This document shows positions 55,801 through 64,000 of a DNA stretch of 64,000 nucleotides, in pieces. Under the pieces are notes generated by a model. That model made no database searches, was not told the DNA's origin, and worked only from the letters and a program-made list of their open reading frames with translations. A program made the translations under genes and the position numbers. Position 1 is the stretch's first letter, and every line of letters begins with the position of its first letter. Source of the stretch: Phoronis australis (taxonomy: Eukaryota > Animalia > Phoronida); contig NMRA01000359.1 in NCBI GenBank assembly GCA_002633005.1, positions 337,438-401,437 on the forward strand. The letters run 5' to 3'.

Positions 55801-58800
55801 ACAGTGCAGAGTATAATATTTGAGAAATATGATAAATGCTAAAATTGACCTATCACCAGGACTTTGAGTGACGGCTTAACTGACCAATCAGAATGCAGCA
55901 CTCGTGACGCACGTTCGTTTCCAAGCCACCATTTTACCCGACAAACAACACATTGCCGGGTGAAACTTATTGTTTGTTTGTCGACATTACGCAAGGGGGC
56001 GGAGCTTGCGATAGGTCAATTGTCCAAGTCCCAAACTTCAGAATGAAGAAAATCAATTTTGGCTTGTATTTCGGAGACCCAAATCTTTGAGGTTGTCCCA
56101 GACAAGAGAATTCATACTGAATATTTTCAGTGTTGGTTAAAACAATTCTTCGAATGCAATTTCATGCACCATGTCAATGCGACAAATCTTAATCAAGCAT
56201 TTTCATGTATTTTCGTTTTCGACATTTTTTAACAATTTTGAACATCGAATTCTCAATTTGCGTGAAAATTTATGTACTGCTTAATGTGTGATCAATGGCC
56301 AGGGGAACAAAACGGGACTTGTATGCTCCACTTTCAGTTCTTTGAGACTAAACAAAAAACACTTAAACTTGGTTTCCTGCTATCTATAATTCAAACACGA
56401 AGACAACAACTGTTCAGGTATTTTCAAGAATTCATGCTCAAAGCAAAAACAGAAAATTTTTAGAAAAAATTGGAAGTAACAGAATTACAAACGATTGCGT
56501 TCTATGGCATGAATCTTTAACATATTGCTACAATGACAAAACGACTCGACAAAGTGCATTTTCATCATTTCCAAACTCTTTGAATCATTTTATTTTTAAC
56601 CTGGGTTCAGTTGCACAAAAGTCATGCACTGAAAAATAAGACTTCAAAGTACAATGCGTCACCCTTCTTTAGTCGAACAATACTTCTGACGTCGTGAAAG
56701 AACAAAAAATATCCAAAGAATAACTTTTGAAGTTTTCTGCAATACAGCCCAGGGCCTGGGAACTAATCTTTTTTGCTCAAAACTGAACTAAAAATTATTT
56801 TTGGAATTTTCTATTCTACTTTTGTGCAAACTCAAAATAGGTCACTATTATTCTGTGCTCCAGTACATTATGACTTATGCGTAGGAGTTTCTAGTCCAAG
56901 TTTGCACTTGATGACCTCTAGATTCCAGGTTCAAACTCTAGTAAAAACTTAACGTTTCAAGTAAAAACTCAAAATTCAGACACAGTATTTTAGCCTTAAT
57001 ACTAGGGTCAACACTTGAAAAATAGGATTACTGTATTCGTTCTAATAAGGACCCAAGCCCCTATAAGTGCCCCCCCCACACGTTTTCAGACTTCGCTAAA
57101 ATAAGCGCCCAGTCCATGAACATGCACATGCGAAAAATACTACAGTTCTAGAATTCTACAGTAAAGTATTCAATTTATCAATAAGATCTAACAGTCCTGA
57201 AAAAAATCATTTTGCGCGGAGTTTGCTTAAAACCATACGTACTCGAGCACAGAATAGTACACTATTACCTAGAGTTCGCACAAAAGTTTTACAGAAAACG
57301 GTTAAGTAAAATAATTTTTAGTTCAATTTTGAGCAAAAAAATTAAACAGTCACTGATTGCTTACGAAATGAAGTGCATGCAAAAGACCCCTACCTGTCTT
57401 CTAGAGCCTTCATCTTCTTCTGACGCTGAACGTCCTGTCTCTCCTCTTCTTGCAACTCCCTTACTGTGTCCTTGTATTGTTTGATTAAACACTGCAATGA
57501 CAAACAACACGAAAAATGAAACCAAACCATCAACTAGCACCTCATCAGGGTGAAAAGAAACGTTGGCACGCTTACCAGACAAAAGTAACCGAAGAAAATA
57601 TCATTTCCCACACAAGAAGGCTGATTTCGTTAGCGGCGAAAGAATGACTACTAAGCTGCCAAAAATTAATAATTAAAGAATGGGTTAGCCATCTTAGTGT
57701 CCTGTTAATTATTCAGAATTCTCGGTCATGCGGAAGAGCTACTCTGACAATGAAGTTGGCTTCTGCCCGGCCGTCTGAAAACTTTTGGTATGTACTGTAG
57801 GTAACAGAAAACAGTTTAAAAAGCTGGCGGACGCCACCTACTGCGTTTGAATGTTATCATTCCTAAACTGTACTCAACTGCACTGCACATGACAATATGA
57901 ACTCAATACTGCTAAAAAAAATTACTAGGCCATCTTTACAATAATTTTTGTTTCCCTTCAGATGAGTTTGACTCTTCTAAGATTGTGTAATTAATTTGAC
58001 CAAGTTTGGGCAAGCTCAATGGTACATCACCGTCTTTGACATTTTTCTCCAAGCTTAAAGCTCCTTCTTCCTTTACTAATCGTTACTCTGTTAGCTTGAA
58101 TGACAAATGAGTGAGGTAAAAAGCTGGTTGGGTCAGTCACCTTTTTCAACATTGAATTTCAAGTTTGATATTACTCAGATATATTGCTTTCTTGCGCTTA
58201 ACTCAAATTATTGTACATTATACTTATTCTGTAACTGTCTCTTGGAAACGTTTCTTGGAAACTTTGTCTCTTGGAAACGTTGTCTCTTGAAAACCTTACC
58301 TCTTAGCAACTGAATTCCAACTAACCTCAGATGCGTTGAGCTTGTCTTTCATAACCTGTGCTTCATTCTCCAAACGAACATTAACTTTCTCTAAGTGGGA
58401 TGTCGAATTCTTCAGGGGCTCATTCTCTTGCAGAGCTGTTTTCAACTGACCCTCCAACAGTTCACATTCCCTGAAAGTGTTATCGCAATAACTGAAAAAT
58501 TTGATTTCAATTGAGCTGGAAAACATTTATTTGTCTTGCTAGTCTTCCATGAAGCATTACGGCAGCGAACATCGAGGTCATTCAAACTATCCATTCGTCA
58601 TTGCCGCATTCCAGCAGGAGCTACCAAAGCTGGCGTGCATTCAGTAACGCTAGGACATACGCTAGGACCAAGCTAAAATCTAGCCAAATTCACGTGTTCT
58701 CATATAAAGTACACGGCAATATCTCGCAAGGTCTTGCTTTTGAGTGAGGTCCTAGAGTTACTGTATGGCAGGCAGGTTAAATAGGTGAATTCAAAACAAA

Positions 58801-61076
58801 TTTTTAATTTACAAATGACCTAGTTTTTGAGTCCTCATAGCAAAAGTGCATCCAAGTTAAGTTATGTTTAATCAGTCAAGAAACTCGAAGATTACAAAAC
58901 TGCCTCAATTACATATCCGCACACTAATCAGCTCAGACAAAGGTCCAGTACCACAACGCTCAGTTTTTGCCCGCGCTAATGCCCACGCTAATGCCCACGC
59001 TAATGCCCACGTTAATGCCCACGCTAATGCCCACGGTAATGCCCACGCTAATGCCCACGCTAATGCCCACGCTAATGCCCACACTAATGCCCACGCTAAT
59101 GCCCACGGTAATGCCCACGGTAATGCCCACGCTAATGCCCACACTAATGCCCATGCTAATGCCCACACTAATGCCCACGCTAATGCCCACGCTAATTAAT
59201 GCGCAGTGCATTTACACTGAGAAAATCAAAAATCAAGGAGCGGGCACCAAGCCAAAGATGGCTGAAACAAAAATTGATGGTCGGAGTATACAAAATACTG
59301 AGTAACTCTGGTTAACGCCTGCAAGAAAGAGCTCAATAAACACTTCAGTAGACTGTGGACAATGTACTGCTTCTTAGTGACAGGTAAACAAAATGGTTGA
59401 GCTGGAATTTTCCTTAAATGGGCGTTCACGAGGACATTGGTGGACGAAGGCATCGGGGATTGCACACAACATGGGCCTTTAATCAGACAATTCTGGTAGA
59501 GCTACGACATACACTCCGGCTGACCAATAGCCAAAATAGGTCAACATGGATAAAATCTCTCCGGTTAAATCATCTTGCTACAACTAAAAAACTTTAAGCC
59601 CTACTAGTTAAGAAGATGTTCTCACCTCTTCATACCATCAAGCTTCTTTTTGGCATCGTCAAACTTCTGCACCAGATTGTCATAAGGTAAAACAGGGTTA
59701 AGGAATAACCTCATTAAGACAAGCCTAGCATATTATGTGAATCAATAAAGCACAGCTGCTCCTGGTGATGGTCAGACTACGCTGACACGAGATAAAATAT
59801 ATCTTACACACAGAGAGAGCTGTCTTCAAAGAAAGCCAAGACCAATGCTGTATTAATCCCTGGAGTCATTATTTTGTTTAATTCTAATGGTTGCTCATTA
59901 AGTGAATTATTAGACCAAGTCAACATGACTATCATCATCAAAGGTACTTGAAACACACACACACGCACATACACACTAAGATTTACCTTGAGGTGAACCA
60001 TCTTTAACTTGGGACAAAAATGTTTGCGAAAATTACCATTTTTTATTCTTCAAAGGTTTATTACACTGCTCGAAATACCAAGGATTGTTCCATAACAACT
60101 ACACTGCACAAACCATGCTAATTTTAAAAAATGAGAAATTTGACAAAATTAAATTACACGTATTATCTACAAATTGTCATAAACTGAAGACTTTTTACTG
60201 TCTTTTACTTGAGTATATGATTAAGAAAAGTGTCTGCATGGACAAGAGATTCAGGAGGTTAAACCAGACTACTGCAGGAAATGCATATTATCACTTTGAA
60301 AAAGGATATCTTGACACTTTGACACATGTTTCTTGATGAGTGAACTGAAAGAAAAACACTTTTTAGAAAAACATGATTCAATTCTTGACATCGTGTTGAT
60401 GACAATGAAGTCAAAAAACACCACAGATCACTACATAAGTTGTTATGAAGAAAGTACGACTTTGCAATTTAGAATTTGCTGGGAAAATGAACGGCAATGC
60501 ACAAAAGGAACACGCGATATGAAACATTATCTGGTTGACGAAATGGACACGGTGGACTAGTACACAGTTTGATGACCATGAAACGTAAAATCTTTTGAAA
60601 CAACATCTGTTTAAATATAAATTATTAGTCTTCTTACGCACCATATGTTGGTCACATCTCGTGACCTATAATTAAGTCTGAAAAGATCTCTGATAACCAT
60701 GTGATGTGACCAAAATATGGCGTGTAAGAAGACAAATAATTCTTACTTGTACTACATCAACCCATCCACTTATAACAGCATAAGACATCTGTTTGTTTTC
60801 GTTTTGTGGAAATTTGATAAAAATGGTGCGTTCAAAAACCTTTGCCACGTAACAAAGCTTAGTGGTAAAAAATGATCTACATAAATATACCACAAACATT
60901 AAAAACAAAATCATAGAAAAGTGACTTATAGAGTTTCAAAAGCATACTCGTTTTCCCCGTAGGATATGATATTCAGATTACAAGACATTCTGCAACACAA
61001 CTTACTCTGTTGGAATAATCTTTTCTTTTAAAACCTGGAAATTCACGGCATGGTCTTCCTTCAATTTCTTCATCTC
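18613..61076 (-). CDS. ICE1: Little elongation complex subunit 1 (ICE1/KIAA0947), multi-exon, ~1690 aa predicted
   Basis: Phase-consistent exons, 5' to 3': 61076-61006 (..NFQVLKEKIIPT), 60344-60310, 59686-59626, 58470-58326, 57491-57394, 55280-55243, 47715-47633, 46683-46644, 46425-46243, 44280-44177, 42799-39787, 39170-39058, 37691-37548, 37106-37021, 36084-35927, 34718-34533 (duplicate 32645-32460), 27614-27450, 26081-25983, 18845-18613. N-terminal coiled coil, then a long disordered middle with SPLP motifs. The C-terminal segments AICRFYIAFCQ, KAIDLLSIYEEWDWAYKNLV and LQYCTVESFISLAKYNP resemble the vertebrate ICE1 C-terminal domain as I recall it. A candidate start exon ATGGCTGCA|gtaag at 61724-61716 is less certain. 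Confidence 0.85.
19935..20001. repeat. (CAATA)n pentanucleotide microsatellite
   Basis: About 13 units read directly. Confidence 0.9.
22300..24120 (+). CDS. STAND/NB-ARC-derived TPR protein (helical/winged-helix remnant + ~7 42-aa TPRs), nested antisense in the last ICE1 intron
   Basis: Uninterrupted 606-aa ORF. It has ELALNLATAYI (GLPLAL-like), LCSYLDSRHIPLKIL and SMDPLIQTAIRDYL (MH-motif-like), then repeats such as HIEVANTL.., HIEVAHTLGNMA.., HIEMASTMNNLS.. at ~42-aa spacing. A splice acceptor sits at 22251-22252 and the frame is open from there. Confidence 0.85.
   Translation: MALMSATVLGQNEAVAFIERHIVEHKDKCDLIDAVGRSELALNLATAYIRQNKRSISDYIMQFKKFVKTEECSRIVEKAKVSENDAKLYQTVLFSLCSIKSFLSGKVGLLLYLCSYLDSRHIPLKILENEELMATKSKLVSSSKVLLTYKLISQDSDDKSTASMDPLIQTAIRDYLFLFHNHEELEEDDGSEELDLYDDVLRPLSNVFMQHCPDECSTPQEFSESHLFAPHMNSLGLNVWRQGQIISGKTKEMFVDLAEDVLDTSLVAMIHSRMFSPAREVSNVLLELKGIKYGTRHQEVTRTLANVGIVTYHNGDAMKALAIFEKVLKMEQDNYGKDHIEVANTLDPYISALNDLSYYAKARDLAKRAIKIKERACGKISLSTAKSMSKLAIALDGLGEMEEAKRLFEEILQIVQKCSGLESIQNAETMENFAHTLTSLGESKSASSYLEKVLKIKRNYYPNNHIEVAHTLGNMATAIQETDPPKAKELCQQTLTIYQSHFGKISIQVARSLAELGSILRACGELREAEKMYQESLQMKEQLLGSHHIEMASTMNNLSTVETQLGDRKYARILLEKAKRICELNGDSSQAVLSKVNENLKQFQLK
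24489..24767. mobile_element. P-element-like MITE
   Basis: TIR CATAGATTAT/ATAGTCTATG with a perfect 7-bp TSD GTTTAAT. Confidence 0.7.
24842..25098. mobile_element. MITE family A2 (same TIR as A1, different A-rich interior)
   Basis: CAGGGCTTGGAAT...ATTCCAAGCCCTA with 6-bp TSD CTCTTG. Homologous to 47192-47433. Confidence 0.85.
27863..30064. mobile_element. Internally deleted ISL2EU/PHIS-like DNA transposon with decayed convergent ORFs
   Basis: TIR AATTGACCTATCGC/GCGATAGGTCAATT. A minus-strand THAP relic starts at 29896 (MGKRC*YGVCSTDSRY..PKPKNDVEKRKQW..RPHEQLNI..KYISSK). A plus-strand relic from ~27927 includes KCSRSQRKSEEP (28088). Nested MITEs lie at ~28330-28486 and 28718-28905. Confidence 0.65.
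28330..28486. mobile_element. MITE (TTCAGTAACGCTAGG TIR family)
   Basis: TIR TTCAGTAACGCTAGG/CCTAGCGGCTACTGAA. An inverted copy at ~58630-58773 shares GAGATATTGCCGTGTA and CACGTG. Confidence 0.7.
31007..31352. mobile_element. MITE with perfect ~40-bp TIRs and TAG...CTA ends (Academ-like)
   Basis: TAGTAAAAATACAGATTCCTGGTTACCATGGAAATGCATT and its exact reverse complement ending at 31352. No clear TSD. Confidence 0.75.
31526..36024. repeat. Tandem duplication 31526-33951 / 33953-36024 joined by a single N; includes ICE1 exon(s)
   Basis: Identical ORF translations at an offset of 2073 bp. The copies differ by scattered SNPs/indels and one MITE. Confidence 0.9.
31743..32081. mobile_element. MITE family A1, 339-bp deletion derivative (opposite orientation to the 3191 copy)
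   Basis: CAGGTCTTGGAAT...ATTCCAAGCCCTG with TSD ATCAAG/ATAAAG. The empty site ATAAAG is at ~34162 in the duplicate copy. Confidence 0.9.
36668..36760. repeat. 21-bp minisatellite (GCAGAACTCCTGCATTACCTT) x~4
   Basis: Direct reading. Confidence 0.8.
37726..37848. repeat. 30-bp minisatellite (CACTGGCAATGAGTTGATGCACACAGTTC-like) x~4, near the assembly gap at 37914-37944
   Basis: Direct reading. Confidence 0.8.
37985..38120 (+). mobile_element. Possible tRNA-derived SINE head
   Basis: A-box-like TGGCTCTACGG and B-box-like GGTTCTAATCC at tRNA-like spacing. No intact cloverleaf. Confidence 0.35.
38658..38757. repeat. 21-bp minisatellite (GGCCAAATCACAGTGCACTTA) x~5
   Basis: Direct reading. Confidence 0.85.
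39787..42799 (-). CDS. ICE1: 3013-bp internal exon of ICE1 (Ser/Pro/charged low-complexity region)
   Basis: Covers ORF 39779-42730. Acceptor ttttcag at 42800, donor A|gtaagt at 39786. Contains the SPLPETP/SPLPSTP/LLSPL/SPLPPSP cluster. Confidence 0.9.
45600..46105. mobile_element. MITE family A1, longest copy (506 bp)
   Basis: CAGGGCTTGGAAT...ATTCCAAGTCCTG with perfect 6-bp TSD GTAATT. Confidence 0.9.
46730..46836. repeat. (CAG)n/(CTG)n trinucleotide repeat, ~35 units with interruptions, intronic
   Basis: Direct reading. Confidence 0.92.
47192..47433. mobile_element. MITE family A2
   Basis: CAGGGTTTGGAAT...ATTCCAAGCCCTG with TSD AACCTG/TACCTG. Confidence 0.85.
49665..50620. mobile_element. 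Non-autonomous DNA element with ~32-bp TIRs (CACAC ends)
   Basis: TCACACAGATTAAACCATCAAAGTCATGTTAC / GTAACATGACTTTGATGGTTTAATAAGTGTGA. No TSD evident. Confidence 0.7.
50729..51325 (-). pseudogene. Possible decayed THAP-domain transposase 5' fragment
   Basis: MPMKYYNCAVGCNSDVKKFDKLDKYPRM resembles a THAP C-x-C start; the frame is broken downstream. Confidence 0.35.
52051..52524 (+). CDS. Small type I membrane protein with a single Ig domain, nested antisense in ICE1 intron 47716-55242
   Basis: Signal peptide MLIATSVLLCCLGLTMA; Ig motifs FNC..VVW..LLTITNASESDSGNYKC; five N-x-S/T sequons; TM helix GMIILAIDGALLLLFLGCCV; short basic tail. Acceptor tttcag at 52025 and AATAAA at 52643. Confidence 0.88.
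   Translation: MLIATSVLLCCLGLTMADEAVKNITIHPPQLAVEVNKVAVFNCTTASHVAVVWQDANGTELANEGRFNWTTNGLLTITNASESDSGNYKCVIEGSGEFAEALLKVYVMPTYLTEGMIILAIDGALLLLFLGCCVKTQVQQRRNISKMKSSMKQGRHS
55843..56021. mobile_element. ~180-bp MITE derived from the ends of the 27863-30064 element (inverted)
   Basis: Both ends match the subterminal sequences of the long copy (GACCTATCGCAAGCTCCGCCCC and GACGGCTTAAyTGACCAATCA). AATT at both ends. Confidence 0.85.
58975..59195. repeat. 12-bp minisatellite (GCTAATGCCCAC) x~18, intronic in ICE1
   Basis: Direct reading; variants GTT/GGT/ACT occur in the first three bases. Confidence 0.95.
59687..60309 (-). other. ICE1: U12-type (minor spliceosome) AT-AC intron of ICE1
   Basis: 5'SS ATATCCTTT (60309-60301), branch site TTCCTTAAC (59705-59697), 3'SS AC (59688-59687). 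The flanking exons join in frame: ..SLIKKHVSKCQ|AYDNLVQKFDD.. Confidence 0.88.
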
Positions 61077-61942
61077 CTGAAAAGAATACAGAGTCACTGT
61101 ATAAAAAATGCCAAAATTCTAACGCTCTGGTTGAAACAAATAAGTTAATATTTTTGGCCGTATCGGAAATAAATACTATTATTGAGCAACTGATTAAGAT
61201 TTTTGTATAGTTCAATCATGCATCAGTTTTATGTGTATAAGCAAACCTTCTTAAGTTTTTGTTTTTATAAAATCCATGTTATATTAACACCATGTGCTAC
61301 AGTTTATTACATTCCATTCAGTTTACCAACACAAATAAAAAGTTTCACATTTTATTATATACTTAGCTAGCAATCAGAAGCATCTACTTAAAAATTCAAG
61401 ATCTCGAGTACAACGACCAAAACTTTAAGCTCACAAATGAAAACACACCATACTCAACAAAATAAAGTCATTTCAACCATATATTTTCATTCAAAAGTTA
61501 TGATCTCTAGATTACAAATATAACAATCTGTGAGCCAATCAAACACAAGGATTGCCAACCACGAGGGACAACCAGTATAATGACCAGGTGTGCCAACAAG
61601 TGTTAAGTAGCCACAAGTGATTGTGCACCCACATGGCCAGATGCTATTAGTGTGTGTATCAGTTCAAAATAAAAAAATTATTAGCAAACAAAAATACACA
61701 TTACATGTATCTTACTGCAGCCATTTACTAACATACCAGTAACAATATTCTGGAAATGGCCATTGTCTTTCCGTGGCATTTACGCTATGTTTGAACAATA
61801 ACTGACTGCACACCATGTTCATGGTTGCAAACATTCGAAAACGAGAAAGTGAGACACCTAGATCTACATGGATATAAACCACGCCGCAAGGACCAAAGTC
61901 AGCCGCAACATAAAAAACGCAATGATTTTTTGTTTTGGCTAT

Positions 61943-62488
61943 AGGCCCTTTCATACTGACTTAACTCCAGTCTGAGCAGAGCGTCGATGTAAACTATGAA
62001 GTTAACTGAACCATTCATACCGGCTTCGGTGGTTAATGGACATCGAAGTAAACTGTAGGTGACGATGTTGTCATTGAAGTAATTGCAAGGTAGCGCTAAT
62101 GCATAGCATGCACACTAATCTTATTTAATGAGACAATTTGGGAACATTTACATGTGCTAATTTATATATATTTTTTTTTCTAATTTGATTGGTGATGATT
62201 CGAGCAAAATATAAGCAACTATTAGTGACGAAACTAACATTTAATTGGTGACAATAACAGTGGTCCCTGGCGATAACTTTGAAGGGACCGAAGTTGACAG
62301 TTCATACTGCACCGCAGCGTTGACGCTCCACTATTAAATCCACCTGTTTACTGCAAAGTAACGTAACTGGCACTGTTAACTTCAATCAAGGACCAAAGTT
62401 AACCGTTCATACTGACCGCAACCCCCAAAACATTGATGCGTCGACATCAGTATGAAAGGGCATTGTTGACATTAGTGTGAAAGGGCCT
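61943..62488. mobile_element. Harbinger-like MITE
   Basis: TIR AGGCCCTTTCATACTGA / TTAGTGTGAAAGGGCCT, with internal repeated TTCATACyG motifs. Confidence 0.6.
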
Positions 62489-64000
62489 TATTTGAAATGG
62501 AACGAGGAAACAAGCAGATCTGTTCATGAGGAAACGCACAAAAGTATTTACAATAATATGTCAATTTTGCGAAGTGTCAAAAAGTAGGACATTATGATCT
62601 TGTGGTAGGATAAAAATTCAGACAGCGGGATAGTTGGCAAGTAAACATTCTTTATTGTTTCTCAAAACTGGAAAAGAATAGAAACACCTTCAGAAAGAAT
62701 TAACTCATTTATCCCTAGAAAAATATCATCGACCGCTTTCAGGCCAGAATCGGTCTCGAGTACTTTAGTAACATAACTGATGGATTACATCGATTTCTTA
62801 ATTTTTGGTAATCAAAGAAATGTATCTAAAACATGCAAATTCTTTTCGAAACCTATAATTCCGTTGATTTCCTGAATTCCGTCATCCCAAAAAATCAGAG
62901 TCGCTATTGGCAAAGCAATACGATTACCCAGCCATCATGAAGATGACGCAACAATGAACATTCTCATGGAAATGCTCAACTGATTCACCTTGCAAGTAAA
63001 AAGTCAAATGTAATCAAAATCTACACCATGTCAGAAGATTTACCTGTAAATTACTACATAGATTACAAATTCACCCACAAAACTACTTGCCATTCAGTAA
63101 TCCAAACTTTGTCTATGTCTTTTAACAAGTTGTGAAATTGACATAAAACCATGGCTGAAAACGACAACATTTTTAGCATGTGGCCAAGTAAGTAAATTGC
63201 GCTGGCTAGCTCCTGATTGGATAAATTTCAACTGTTCGTAAACGTAAAAGATCAACAAGCATCAAAAAGTGCAAAGGTCAGACAGGTAAGTCGGACTTTG
63301 TTGGGTTTCATGTTCTTCAGTATTAAACAGGGTTCGATATGGCAACATGTTGCTCGCCAATGTGACCTCAGATTTTGTTCGGCAACCTCAGGGTCCCACT
63401 GACAACAGTCAATGGGCTTGGCAGTGAAGTCGATTTCATTGACAATTCAGGGCGACTCCGCAGCATTAGTCCTCTCTGTTATAAGAAAGAATCAAATACA
63501 CGAATTTTCGATCATCTTTGTGTCCCCTTTACAGTGAAGATATGACGAGTCTCATGCAACTCTCAGTGGAGTTTAAGATTTTCGTGTGTAACGAAGGAGA
63601 CAGTCGTCTGCAGAATCACGCTTAACAATGGGAGCTCATTTCAATCTACCCAACCTTTTATTTACCTCTACAGCATAAGTAGAGAAGAAAGTATACTGCA
63701 TAAACTAGTACACAAGAAAACAGATAGGTCGGAAGTCAGATATAAATGCGCCGCGATTCTGGCGCGGTCGCAATATCACCGTTATGTAACTCGCATCTAG
63801 ATCGCTGAGATTGGCTGTTGCTTGACCTTCAATCATGGACATTCATTGTCTCACCCAGATCGAAGGTCAAGCAGTAGATAATCACGCGTGCCACGAATTG
63901 GCAAGATTGCAAACCCCACCATAGCAAAGGTTACTGCACACCTCGCCACACTTCCAGCCCATCTTTATTCCTATGTAATAGAATACGAAGTATTCCCTTC

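Noticed and set aside
57950-58095. Possible additional ICE1 exon on the minus strand
   Set aside because: No acceptor/donor pair keeps phase. Exons 58326 and 57491 already join in frame.
58864-59305. ORFs with ANAH/PTLM/WALA/VGIS repeats; possible CRISPR-like array
   Set aside because: These are translations of a 12-bp tandem repeat. There are no unique spacers and no cas genes, and the context is a eukaryotic intron.
60960-60970. ATATCCTA on the minus strand as another U12 donor
   Set aside because: It deviates from the consensus and lies past an in-frame stop. The gtaagt donor at 61005 explains the exon.
63720-63880. CpG-rich patch with CGGAAGT and a small inverted repeat as the ICE1 promoter
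   Set aside because: Plausible by position, but it cannot be told apart from a transposon end without TSS data.

Overview
This is eukaryotic animal DNA (invertebrate-like, AT-rich, intron-rich), not a prokaryotic locus. It holds two large convergent spliced genes. One is the 3' half of propionyl-CoA carboxylase alpha (PCCA, + strand, ending at 11399, with the EAMKM biotinylation motif). The other is a near-complete ICE1 (little elongation complex subunit 1, - strand, ~61.7 kb to 18613), which I rebuilt by hand into ~20 phase-consistent exons, including a 3.0-kb low-complexity exon and a canonical U12-type AT-AC intron (59687-60309). Two genes with intronless coding sequence lie antisense inside ICE1 introns: a 606-aa STAND/NB-ARC-derived TPR protein with no visible P-loop, and a 157-aa single-Ig type I membrane protein. 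The rest is transposon-rich: a 3' CR1/L2-group LINE, five CAGGG...CCCTG MITEs with 6-bp TSDs, a deleted ISL2EU-like element plus its MITE, other MITEs, and micro/minisatellites. Two ~2.1-2.5-kb tandem 'duplications' are each joined by a single N and are most likely two haplotypes assembled in tandem; they expose empty versus filled insertion sites. All calls were made by eye, without database searches.
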